From Eledone cirrhosa (taxonomy: Eukaryota), in the NCBI GenBank assembly GCA_964016885.1, contig OZ024746.1, positions 74,524,001-74,588,000 on the forward strand: a stretch of 64,000 bases of DNA, in the 5' to 3' direction. The notes under the pieces were generated by a model. That model did no database searches. It saw only the letters and a list, made by a program, of their open reading frames with translations, and had not been told where the DNA came from. The position numbers and the translations under genes are program-made. Below, piece after piece: positions 1-12,120 of this stretch (the first letter of the stretch is position 1; every line of letters starts with the position of its first letter).

Positions 1-457
1 TCTGTGTGTGTCCCAAAAACCTAAAGGTTCTTGTCCTACTACATCTAGTGTTAATGTAATATGGTTCCTCATTGTATTGTGTTATCTGCTTGATTGTTTC
101 TCCACTTTCTGTCAGCCAAATTTCAAACACTAACATTGGTCAAATCATAGTTACAGAAAACACCTTCCCAAAGAGCCGTGCAGTGGGACTGAACACAGAA
201 CCACGTGAATATTACACATACAAGGCAATAAGTACACTGAATTTTGGTACAGGTACATTAACATCTTGCATATGTGCCCTTAAATTATTTCGTCACAGAC
301 CTACTAGGGATTGTATAAATACTCTGAAATATTCATGCTGATAGTACACCCGTCGCATTAGATGTTCAAAAGCCCGAATGTTTATATTATGAAAAAAAGA
401 CATACATATAACTAATAGCAAAACATAATTTTCTACAGCCCTCCATCTCAGTACATA

Positions 458-515
<58 letters not shown>

Positions 516-986
516 TAAAAGGAAAAGAAAATGCTGAAAATGTTTCCCAGAGAAAAATAGTTTAATTAGGAATAAGTATAAATTAGTAATAAGTATTGGT
601 TAGTATTCAGTTTTAGTTTTAAGTTTTTACCGGTTGCGTATTTCTAATGCTTTTCAAAAATAATTTTGAGATAGAGCGCTCGTGATGTTTGCTCTAATCT
701 GATCAGTTTGGGAAATTCTTCCTGTTTTATGTGAAAAGAGTGGCTCCAGAGGTATTAAGATTTGGTTGGTGGTTGAATGTCAGGTGAATGAGTACTATAA
801 ATTTCGCGATATATATATATATTTATACAGTTATATACATATAACTATAGAGATAAACGTGTCTCTAAAATGCTATAGAGCACTTCACAGATCCACGAAT
901 GCAAAACAAACAGTAGCTTTGGGTACATGCACGTTCACTCACACACATATAGCCATCTTCACTCTCTCTTATATATATTTATGTGA

Positions 987-1045
<59 letters not shown>

Positions 1046-1047
<2 letters not shown>

Positions 1048-1416
1048 GTATATGCTGGTTGTTTACCGACACCTCAGTATGCAGATTGGAGCACTCGACT
1101 AAATACGCAGGTTAGTTTGGATACTCCGGAGTAATGTAAACTAAGATAATTAAGTCAAATATTTAAAATTTGGCTTCATTTATTAAAGGTGTACTGCTAT
1201 ATATATCATATAATTCCAGTTCGTGAGAGAAATAACAACCCAACCAGGAACTGGGCAAATCGGAGTATTGACGGAGTTAAAACCTCAACAACATGTGTAC
1301 CTGTCTCTACCACACCAATTCGGACTGCCTGAAGAGGTCACAGCCAAGGATGGCTGTCACCGAAATATATATAGCAGTACACGAAGCCAAATTTTAAATA
1401 TTTGACTTAATTATTT

Positions 1417-1420
<4 letters not shown>
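1046..1420 (+). mobile_element. Non-autonomous PLE-derived mini-element between (TA)n tracts: hammerhead plus an inverted copy of its 3' segment
   Basis: Flanked by (TA)n. 1146-1206 is the reverse complement of 1365-1414 apart from an 11-nt indel containing AATAAA. Hammerhead at 1324-1378. Confidence 0.7.
1324..1378 (+). ncRNA. Type I hammerhead ribozyme (minimal, PLE-type)
   Basis: ACUGC-CUGAAGA-GGUCACAGCC aaggau GGCUGUCACC-GAAA-UAUAUAUA^GCAGU. Stem I is 5 bp, stem II 9/10 bp, loop III palindromic; predicted cleavage after 1373. Confidence 0.88.
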
Positions 1421-1501
<81 letters not shown>

Positions 1502-1507
<6 letters not shown>

Positions 1508-2576
1508 TTCAAAATATTAATAAATGTAGACATTCAGGTAATCAAAATATATTTTATTATATATATTTCGGAGGTACTGTGCTGTTTTTTCAGTACGTCC
1601 TCATCAGATAAAATACATAAATTGATGTATGACATACGTCAACTGTGCTGATGGTTTAATTCCAGTCTTGGCAGTGATTAATTACAACAAAACTCAATAT
1701 TTATATACCATAAGTACTAACATGACAAACTAAATATAATGGAGAGGGTGAGTAGGAGAAAGTGTAGAAAAAATAAATACATAAATAAAATAAATAACTA
1801 CATAAAAACCTAAGTACATAAATGTTAAATACTTAAATATTTAAAAATGTAAATATCCGTATTAGAGAAAAAACACAAATGAGAGAGAGAGAGCTAAATA
1901 GAAGAGAAAGGGAAAAGATAAGGAGATGAAGATAAAAACAAAGAGAGGGAGATAGAGATGGTAGAATATATATATACCACCACCACCAAAACCACCACAG
2001 CACACATCGTTATATGTCTACCATCCTACACCCGCAACCTTACTACCCCATGTTCCCTCTGCCCACCTTAACCTACAACCCCACGCAAAATTCGATCCTG
2101 TAAATGTACTGTCGCACACACCACCACCGCCACCACTAGATACATCCACATACTTCAACAATCATTAACATCATTAACATCATCAACACATATCATCCCT
2201 CACTCCCAGAACGACTGTGTTACATCTGCCCTCTCCATCTGCTTTACCCTGTAACCCACCGTAACATCTGATCATGTAATCATATTGTTGAACATATCAC
2301 CCCATCACCACCACCATGACCACAAAACACATCGCTATACGTCCACACTTTTTCCCCCCGCGTTCCCTATGTCACCTTTTAACCTGTAACCCATCGAATT
2401 ATTCGATCCTGTATATTTTTGTCGCTCAGAACTCCACCACCACCACGACCACAAGACACAACTCCATACCTCAACATTCATTAACTTCATTAACATCGCC
2501 AACACATACCTTCCCTCTCGAACCAACGCAAGTGTGTGTGTCTGTGTGTAAGTATTTTTATATATGTGTGTGTGTG

Positions 2577-2659
<83 letters not shown>

Positions 2660-3632
2660 ATGTATATCTGTGTGTACGTGTATGTGTGTATATCTATGTG
2701 TGTATCTGTGTATGTATGTGTATGTCTATATGTACAACACCATCTCCATTGGCTCTCACCCTCCCTCCATCTTTGTACTACGCCACCCCCACCGATACTC
2801 CCCCTCTCTACGCGCGCATGCACATATATGTGTGTGTATATATGCATATAGTTATATGTACGTGTGGATGTATGTGGGCGCGTGTATGTGTGTGTATATA
2901 AGTGTGAATGTATATAAGCCAGTACATATGCGCATGTATATGTCTACAACGTAATTGTCAGACTAAGAGTGTCTAGATATGTATCTCCCCATGGACCAAC
3001 ACATCCACCACACTACCACAAAAGCCACTACCATAAACAACAACACCACAACCACATCCACTCAATAACCAGCCACCCTATACGCCAACCTGTCTACCGA
3101 CAATCCGCCACCCCCACACCACAGCCCATCCCAGTCAGCGACCGTCACCACCATCTTATCATCACATCCACCCCCACATACACTACAAGCGAAAGTCAAT
3201 CCGCCACCCCCACACCACAGCCCATCGCAGCCAGCGACCGTCACCAACATCTTATCATCACATCCACCCCGACATACACTACAGGCCAATACATCCCTAT
3301 GATTTTTTTCCACCAATCAAAACAACTCATATTGTACAACTTATGAACTTCTGACTTTATCACATAGCATGTATTTCATTTTCTTATACCATTTTAAAGG
3401 GTCCGTCGAGCTGCCGATTATTGAGTCGGGTAAGATCGATACAGATCGAACCATGAGCTGATCAGAGGTGAAACACGCGTCACCTACCAATAAATGTAAT
3501 GAAGGAGTAACCAATCGTCCTTGTTATCCTCTCAATATATTACACTCTGTATAGCTCTACACCTCAACACAGAAGTGAATCTAAACATCGAGTGCTCACC
3601 CGGGTGAACCTGCAGTAACTCCAAGTTACACT

Positions 3633-3637
<5 letters not shown>
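1502..3637. mobile_element. Composite low-complexity insert between (TA)n tracts with PLE pseudo-LTR remnants at both ends
   Basis: Minus-strand hammerhead at the left end. A GAAAC-ACGC-GUC...AATAAA remnant at ~3470-3495. Internal diverged direct repeats (~2000-2200 vs ~2322-2520; 3101-3188 vs 3197-3283). Confidence 0.4.
1550..1615 (-). ncRNA. Type I hammerhead ribozyme
   Basis: Minus strand: UAUUUUAU-CUGAUGA-GGAcGUACUG...CAGUACcUCC-GAAA-UAUAUAUA^AUAAAAUA; 8-bp stem I. Confidence 0.85.
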
Positions 3638-3683
<46 letters not shown>

Positions 3684-3795
3684 TAAGAGGAATTCCAACT
3701 TTGTCTGATTTACTCGTTTTATTTACAATCCTTTAAGATATATAATGGTATTATAATGAAATAGTATGATAGAATATTAAATTCTAAGTGTTAAT

Positions 3796-3834
3796 TGAAC
3801 AAGTACTTTCATGCTTTCGCAATCTTCAGGTTCA
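3796..3834 (-). ncRNA. Type I hammerhead ribozyme (left-arm copy)
   Basis: Reverse complement of 3917-3955, identical sequence. Confidence 0.75.
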
Positions 3835-3916
3835 TATTATCTGGTGACAGTCAAGTTTGCAATTTTCAACAATTTTCACAGTTGAAAATTGCAAACTTGA
3901 CTGTCACCACATATTA

Positions 3917-3955
3917 TGAACCTGAAGATTGCGAAAGCATGAAAGTACTTGTTCA
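3917..3955 (+). ncRNA. Type I hammerhead ribozyme (39 nt, minimal)
   Basis: UGAAC-CUGAAGA-U UGC GAAA GCA U-GAAA-GUACUU^GUUCA. Stem II is capped by a GNRA loop; AAGUACUU palindrome in stem III. Confidence 0.75.
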
Positions 3956-4114
3956 ATTAACACTTAGAATTTAATATTCTATCATACTATTTCATTATAA
4001 TACCATTATATATTTTAAAGGATTGTAAATAAAACGAGTAAATCAGACAAAGTTGGAATTCCTCTTATTAATATAATCTTCTATACACAATCATACACAC
4101 CCGTGTATATTTAC

Positions 4115-4213
<99 letters not shown>

Positions 4214-4215
4214 TT

Positions 4216-4307
4216 TTCATTTGTTTTTATTTAGATATATATTAATCTTAAGAGTGCAGACTTATGATCACAGACAATGCATCCACATTATCTTGTGTGT
4301 ATGTGTA

Positions 4308-4377
<70 letters not shown>

Positions 4378-4473
4378 TACACACATACACACAAGATAAT
4401 GTGGACGCATTGTCTGTGATCATAAGTCTGCACTCTGAAGATTAATATATATCTAAATAAAAACAAATGAAAT
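4216..4473. repeat. Inverted repeat (~95-bp arms) centred on a (TA)n tract
   Basis: 4216-4310 is the near-perfect reverse complement of ~4373-4473. Confidence 0.85.
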
Positions 4474-4751
4474 TTTTTTTTTTCCATAACGCAATATTGG
4501 ACATCATACAAAATCAAGAGATTTAACCTATCCATTATTTGGTTTACCTTTCGAGTATATGTGATGCTCCCTTATGTATATGTGATGCTCCCTTTTTAAA
4601 CTAACACTAGTTATTCTAATCTAAGAACTGGATGCATGCCTGCATATGAATACATAGAAAAATGTGAAGAATGTCCAATAAATATTTATCTTGCAAGGGC
4701 GTAGTGTCTCACCTGATGCTTGTAAACATGTAATACATATTCCTGAACATT

Positions 4752-4925
4752 GAATTGGCAGTATCGGTACAGGGTCAGACATGCTTTCCAGCATAGTTAC
4801 GTCCCTTTACGATCTGAGTTCAAATCACGCCGAGGTTAACTTTGCCTTTCATCCTTACGAGGTCGATAAAATAAAGTACCAGTAATGTACTGAATAATTG
4901 CTGGCCGTGTGCCAAAAGTAGAAAC

Positions 4926-4929
<4 letters not shown>
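4752..4929 (+). mobile_element. tRNA-derived SINE (family with core GCCTTTCATCCTT..GGTCGATAAAATAAAGTACCAG)
   Basis: A-box-like TGGCAGTATCGGT and B-box GAGTTCAAATC; many similar copies in this window. Confidence 0.85.
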
Positions 4930-4980
<51 letters not shown>

Positions 4981-5054
4981 TATATATATGTAAACGTACA
5001 AATACGCACACAGAAATAGACAAACATATTATATACGCATATATATACATATAA

Positions 5055-5088
<34 letters not shown>

Positions 5089-5143
5089 ATATATGCACAT
5101 ACACATATATACACATACATATACACACATACGTATATATATA

Positions 5144-5222
5144 CAGGGTGTCCCAAAAATATATATACATACTTCAACACCATTCTAATCAAAGTGTCGA
5201 TAGGTTTTTTGGGGACATCCTA
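5144..5222. mobile_element. Tc1/mariner-type MITE remnant
   Basis: TA-CAGGGTGTCCCAAAAA ... TTTTTTGGGGACATCCTA imperfect terminal inverted repeats within TA-rich DNA. Confidence 0.45.
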
Positions 5223-5312
5223 CATACATACATATATATATATATATATGTCCCAAGGCTCTGATACCATCAACACCATAAACACAGAGCTGGCATATCT
5301 AAGAACTGACTA

Positions 5313-5368
5313 ACTGCCTGATGAGGTCATAGCCATTCAATGGCTATGATCGAAATATATATAGCAGT
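5313..5368 (+). ncRNA. Type I hammerhead ribozyme
   Basis: ACUGC-CUGAUGA-GGUCAUAGCCAU uca AUGGCUAUGAUC-GAAA-UAUAUAUA^GCAGU followed by AAUAAA; same family as 1324-1378. Confidence 0.9.
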
Positions 5369-5431
5369 AAATAAAGGATTATGAGTTCATGCTTATATTT
5401 CGTCACTATATGTTTATATATATATATATAT

Positions 5432-5614
5432 ATGGGAGCCCCTACATGGACACACTAGAAGAGGTAGACCAAGGTTAACATATGTTGATGCCCTAAGGAC
5501 AGACACTGGTCTGTTGGAGATGCAGGATATGGCAGCGATAATGAGGGACAGAGACCGCTGGAGAGAACTCGTCCATGGATCTCGGGAATTTTACCCGCCT
5601 TAGATAGATAGATA
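5432..5614 (+). mobile_element. 3'-terminal fragment of the RTE LINE (same family as 42605-45466)
   Basis: Encodes WEPLHGHTRRGRPRLTYVDALRTDTGL...SREFYPP*, followed by a (TAGA)n tail. Confidence 0.92.
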
Positions 5615-5666
5615 TATGTACATACTCCCCTACACACCCTTTGAACTCTGTTCCCACACACTTCTC

Positions 5667-5698
5667 ACCTGAGGAAGGGCTTATGCCCGAAACGTCGT
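5667..5698 (+). ncRNA. Minimal hammerhead core with decayed stem I (PLE pseudo-LTR remnant ~5618-5790)
   Basis: CUGAGGA-AGGGC uuau GCCC-GAAACGUC; only 2 bp of stem I remain; AATAAA lies downstream. Confidence 0.6.
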
Positions 5699-5788
5699 CC
5701 CCCACCAACACCCCACTCTCCAGAGCGTGAAATTAATAAACATTCGATGTACTGCCTCTCTGTTTTGTCCCTTTTCAAATTTTTCCAT

Positions 5789-5819
<31 letters not shown>

Positions 5820-6287
5820 TTGTGCATATATATGTGTGTGTGTATATATGTGTGTGCGTACGTGTGTGTGTGTATGTGTGTGTGCGTGTGAATGGGAGAG
5901 GAAAAGATGGGAGCGATAAACATATACCAACAAACTTGGTCGTTAGCAATAATGTCGTGTAGATCTCATAACAAAAATGGATAAGAAGCTAGAATGTCTC
6001 CAACAGGCAATGTTACTTCACAGGTTATACATATTAAAAGTCACTCAAAAATATTTGTTTGAGAAAATAACTACGCTACGTGTCTAATTTAATTTTTGAC
6101 TTGTTTTCCTGAGTAATGTGTTACAATAAACATCCACAGGTCACAATGTATCGCATAAGTCTGTCACGCAACGCTATCTGAGTTGTCATCAGCAATATAG
6201 CTTTCACAAGAATATGAATATGATACAAAGGAGACAAATTACATTTTTGCAATCATAAACAGACATCAGATGTACATATACAAATAA

Positions 6288-6369
6288 GTCTCGTTTTATG
6301 CTCATGTGAAACTCCTATTATACACCCAACCACACTCACATAAATATATATACATACTTTCATACACAT

Positions 6370-6412
<43 letters not shown>

Positions 6413-7051
6413 TATTCACACACATCCGCACACACCTATATATATATATATATATATATATACGTCTCGTTTTATGCTCATGTGAAACTCTTATTACACA
6501 CCCAACCACACTCACATAAATATATATACATACTTTCATACACACACACACACATTTATATATACACACATACATATTCACACACCTATATAAATATATA
6601 TATATATATATATACGTCTCGTTTTATGCTCATGTGAAACTCTTATTACACACCCAACCACACTCACATAAATATATATACATACTTTCATACACACACA
6701 CACACATTTATATATACACACATACATATTCACCCACCTATATAAATATATATATATATATATATATACGTTTCGTTTTATGCTCATGTGAAACTCCTAT
6801 TATACACCCAACCACACTCACATAAATATATATACATACTTTCATACACACACACACATATATATATATACACACATACATATTCACACATATCCGCACA
6901 CACCTATATAAATATATATATATATATACGTCTCGTTTTATGCTCAAGTGAAAGTCTTATTACACACCCAACCACACTCACATAAATATATATACATACT
7001 TTCATACACATACACACACACATATATATATATACATACTTTCATACACAT

Positions 7052-7096
<45 letters not shown>

Positions 7097-7098
7097 TC

Positions 7099-7150
<52 letters not shown>

Positions 7151-7447
7151 TCCACACACATCCGCACACACCTATATATATATATATATATACGTCTCGT
7201 TTTATGCTCAAGTGAAAGTCTTATTATACACCCAACCACACTCACATACATATATATACATACTTTCATACACATACACACACACATATATATATATATA
7301 CACATATACATATTCACACACATCCACACACACCTATATAAATATATATATATATATATATACGTCTCGTTTTATGCTCATGTGAAACTCTTATTACACA
7401 CCCAACCACACTCACATAAATATATATATACATACTTTCATACACAT

Positions 7448-7488
<41 letters not shown>

Positions 7489-7508
7489 TCCACACACATC
7501 CGCACACA

Positions 7509-7551
<43 letters not shown>

Positions 7552-7635
7552 GTCTCGTTTTATGCTCATGTGAAACTCTTATTACACACCCAACCACACT
7601 CACATAAATATATATATACATACTTTCATACACAT

Positions 7636-7640
<5 letters not shown>
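6288..7640. repeat. Tandem array of 8 units: ~75-bp core plus variable (TA)/(CA) spacer
   Basis: Core GTCTCGTTTTATGCTCATGTGAAACTCTTATTACACACCCAACCACACTCACATAAAT recurs at ~6288, 6463, 6615, 6769, 6929, 7193, 7363 and 7551. Confidence 0.9.
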
Positions 7641-7725
<85 letters not shown>

Positions 7726-7852
7726 GTATATATACATATGTATATATACATATGTATGCATATATATTTATTTAAACACTATGTGTCACACATAGGTAGG
7801 TGTTATTTCGCACCTCATTTCAAGGGGAAAAAAATGTAGATTATGTGAATGT

Positions 7853-7965
7853 GTTATCGCCCTCGAAAGCATGAAAAGCAATGTTGACCTCAGAGTCATT
7901 TGAACTCATAGTGCCGGAACGGATACCACGAAACACTATCCGAGGTTCTAACGACTGCCAATTCT
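7853..7965 (-). mobile_element. Degenerate tRNA-SINE
   Basis: ATGAAAAGCAATGTTGACCTC...ATTTGAACTCA...CTGCCAATTC matches the reverse strand of the SINE family. Confidence 0.6.
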
Positions 7966-8429
7966 GCATAAAATTGAATTTAAGGAATTTTTTTCAGGCA
8001 ACAGTATTTTGAAGTGCCCATGAATTCTTCGTCATTTCATATTTTTTTCGTTACATATTAATCAGTTTATGTTGTTTTCTTTATTGTAGATATTTATAAA
8101 GCTGGGAATGGTTGGGTACTAGAGCTAGATTAGAAATATAATCTTCGTATATTTTATCCCATGGCTTAGATTCAATTTGCTCAACATATAAGATTCGAAA
8201 TGTGTATCATGTAGTGAATTATGTAAATACAAGCTATACGATGCATATGCCGATAAAAAACTCAAATACACCAAAAGTTAAAATAGAGATATATATTTAT
8301 TCTCACAGCACGAAATCCCCGTATTTCAGGATTTTTCAATCCATCACTGTATCAAGTGTTTTCTTGTATAACCGAATAAAGTAAACGGTTGACCTTAGTT
8401 AGAAAAACAATGATAATAAATGTATCTTA

Positions 8430-9830
8430 AACCCATTGTTGCTGCAATTGCTGAAAATAGAGCTAGTGGAAATGGTTTTTAAATGTTATGACACGATGAA
8501 CGCTTAACATATAAAGTAAGTTGTTCAGTTATTTGTTCAGCATATTATTCAGCTCAGGACACGCCATACGCTGATCACTTTATTTTACTGGAACTTCAAA
8601 AGGAAAATTCTATCATCATTGGAATTGGAGTGCTTTCCTGCACTATTCCTCCAGAGATAATTAATCACATAGCTATTAATGTGAACATGAAAATTTGCCG
8701 GCATATCAAGCAGATAAATGGCAACATTTCTGTTCTAATTAATGAATCAACATGAGCATTAAGACCAAACTAATAGTTTATTTGAAATGTAAATACGAGA
8801 AAGGTGAAAACTCTATGCTTTTAGACCTGGAAAAACTGCCTGATCAGAAAGCTGCAGTTATTTCTAAGTATTTAGTGAAGTACCCCACCCTCCTAGGATT
8901 TGACGAAACTTACTTGAAATAGATAGAACCTTGTGGTGTTTACTAGTAAGGGGGTGAACACAATGCTTTGTCCCAAATCTGGTCTTGCAATACTACCCAA
9001 GAAGAATTATCTTGATATCAAGATTTGGCCCCGTCTTAAATACAGATCAAGCAATGAGGTGAGTCTTTGAGAGGAACACCTAGACATTGTGAATCAATTG
9101 CAGATATATTAATGGATCACAATTAAATGAAAAGGAACTGTCTGCATGTACTTCTCAACTAGCATAACAGCTTGCACAATAGGCTAACTTCTTCACGCCA
9201 GGAAAATAGTTACCATAAAGCTTAGAGTGTTAGAACAAGTATGAATGTCTATTGAAAAAATATTTTGAGAACAGTTTCTATTGAACTAAAGTGTGAAATA
9301 TTGCATGAATTTATAGTGCCAGTACATTTACAACGATTCTTCATACAGCCAAGCTGATCCAATGCAGCATACCATCACAGAGTGGGGAATGGTAGAGCCG
9401 ACTAGCACAAAATATTTAAAACCACAAACCATTTGAAACAACGTGTGTTAACGACAGCTTCATTGAACGGTTCTCAAACTGTTAGATATCAAAGTATACG
9501 AAAACCCCTATTGAATTAAATGCACTGAGATACTAACGGTAAACCTTTAAGATCATCTCTGTATTAGAGGTTTCGGAGTTGCTTTCCTCAGTAATAAATG
9601 ATTTTGAGCTGTTTATAACTTATCTTTATTAATACCGCCATGTGTGTGAGTAGATTCATGAACATGAATTGATCTTGATAACCTCGGGGATTTTTAAAAA
9701 ACGTGTATCCACATATATGTTTGTTAAACTTAGCGAAACTCCTATAGATTCTTAGTCATATGTCACACACATCTTGGTTGTGGTGCCACAGATCATCAGA
9801 TAGCATCAGGGCAAACGTTGCTTCAGTCCA
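8430..9830 (+). pseudogene. Decayed hAT transposase resembling KIAA1586/ZNF862-type proteins
   Basis: Interrupted translations EIINHIAINVNMKICRHIKQINGNISVLINEST..IKTKLIVYLKC, LVVFTSKGVNTMLCPKSGLA and C-terminal AMCVSRFMNMN / VSTYMFVKL / SWLWCHRS parallel motifs recalled for this hAT group; many stops and frameshifts. Confidence 0.65.
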
Positions 9831-9989
9831 CCGAACACATTTGTAGTATTTAGTAAAAATAGTTTAATGAGTAATTTGGTAAACATGATATCTTTCTTCA
9901 CTTCTTGCTTCAAAATTACAAATTATGAAAAATCACTGTGGGTGGGCAACATGATTTGCAGCATATAGTTATAGTTTATATTCAAAAAC

Positions 9990-10125
9990 TGCTGAAGTTA
10001 GCTTTGCTTTTCATCCCCACGGAGAAGATCAAATAAAGTACCAGTAACATACTGGAGTCGATTTAATCGACTTTTACCACCCGAAAAAATTGTTCGCCTT
10101 GCGCCTAAATCAGAGACGATTATAA
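9990..10125 (+). mobile_element. tRNA-SINE 3' fragment
   Basis: GCTTTTCATCCCC...AAATAAAGTACCAGTAACATACTGGAGTCGATTTAATCGAC core. Confidence 0.65.
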
Positions 10126-10859
10126 ATAATCAATGCAAGCTTCAAAACACAAAAGATTATTATTTTATCATATTAAATAAGTATAACCTAAAACGTAATG
10201 AGAGTTAATCTGTTCCAATGACTTAGTTGCTAGTAATAGGTGGGGTTATCATATATAGAAATGGAATTATATATGAAATATCGAGTATTTTGTCAGATCC
10301 AGCAACAAAGAAATTAGCATTGCAGCCCTGTGGCCATCATTGCAAATACTTCTGGCTCCTTATATAAATAGCAGTCGCATAAATCCCCATACTGTCTATA
10401 AATCAAAGGATGAATTCAATTAAAGAATTACATATAAAAATAGAAGGTATGATGATTGATAAAACAAATATAGAAGAGTAATGACTTATAACACAAGAAT
10501 ATACATTTTATTTATTTATAAAATATATAGAATCTACATTTATATAATATAGTTTGTGTAGATCTATTATCAGTCTATATAATTTATAAGTATATTTTAA
10601 TTCAGTATACTTATACAATAATATACTTTTGTAAATAATACATATTCATAAAATATATTTTTCTAAAGTATCCCCTGCTTATATGATGTTTCAAGGGGAA
10701 TCCAATAAATGTATTATATACTGCATACAATTATTTCTGGGTCGTATGCTGTCTCTGTCTCTTACTGTAGTTCTGTTTATATGTGTGAGAAGCAGAGTAA
10801 GGATGCATGCGTTTTGTGTGCGTGTAATACATTATAAATAATATGCAGAAAAATATTTT

Positions 10860-10976
10860 ACGTATATATATGTGTATGTATATATATATATATATATATA
10901 TGTATATAAATATATATGTATGTATAAATATATATATATATAAATAAATATATATATATATGTGTGTGTGTATGTG

Positions 10977-11026
<50 letters not shown>

Positions 11027-11760
11027 CGCTCAAAACTAGTATAAAATATTATATGTTTTATTTCTATACTATATTTATGATATTGATGATATCTATTTCT
11101 CAATATATATATTTTTTTACATTTCATTCCTAATATACTGTATATATGTGCAGGTGCGCGCGTATACATACGTTGCAGTCATAAGAGACAGATGCGTGCG
11201 CACACACACATATTTATAAAATATATTCTACCCATTATATTATATATTACATGTATAAATAAAACATTTCTGAAATATATATTTTCTCGTAATATATTTA
11301 TTACATAAGATGATTTTGATTAATCTAATATGGATAACTTTCTGTTGGATTTCCATATAGTTATTTTATAAATATCGCATTTTTCTTTGCAAGCATATTT
11401 TTCTCACCCATTCCCCCTTCATACCACTAGTTTGATATTCGCTATATTTTTTTCGACAATTTGGGAATATATATATTTATGTATATTTATAAATTTATGC
11501 GTATGTACACATATGTACACGCACACACATGTGTATATATATATATACACACATACATTTACATCCATATATATATATATACAGATACATACGCCATACG
11601 CACATATATAGATATACATACAAACACATACACACACATATATATATATACACATATACATATATACATATATATAAACATATACACATATATTATATAT
11701 ATATTTACATATATATATATACATATATATATATACATATACATATACAAATATACATAT

Positions 11761-11829
<69 letters not shown>

Positions 11830-11940
11830 TATAAATATACATATACAAATATACATATACATATATACATATACATATATGCATATACATACACACACAC
11901 ATACATATATATATACACTTATTGAAATATATATATATAT
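10860..11940. repeat. Compound (TA)/(CA)/(TACA) microsatellite field
   Basis: Directly visible; source of the spurious YIYI ORFs. Confidence 0.9.
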
Positions 11941-12120
11941 AGGAAAATGTTTAACCCCTACGACAGAGCCCGTTTCGACGGCCATTTCTGGACGCAAATA
12001 GCCGTCGAAACGGGCTCTGCCGTAGGGGTTAAACATTTTCCTATTACCCACTCTACTACTCTAAGTATTAAATACTCTGGTGCGTTATGGTTTATCTGGT
12101 CCCTTACCACACTTCCTTCG

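Larger units (their letters stand above)
3676..4118. mobile_element. Fold-back mini-element: ~195-bp inverted repeat carrying a hammerhead in each arm, plus a right-hand tail
   Basis: Arms 3676-3870 and 3881-4075 are near-perfect reverse complements around a 10-nt spacer. Unique tail 4076-4118. Flanked by (TA)n and (TC)n(TA)n. Confidence 0.85.

Noticed and set aside
5257-5269. GGCTCTGATACCA, the reverse complement of the plant-type tRNA-iMet primer-binding site TGGTATCAGAGCC
   Set aside because: No adjacent LTR or gag-pol; the animal initiator tRNA end differs; probably chance.
6288-7640. CRISPR-like repeat/spacer appearance
   Set aside because: Eukaryotic context, ~75-bp repeats, spacers that are mutually similar microsatellites, and no cas genes.
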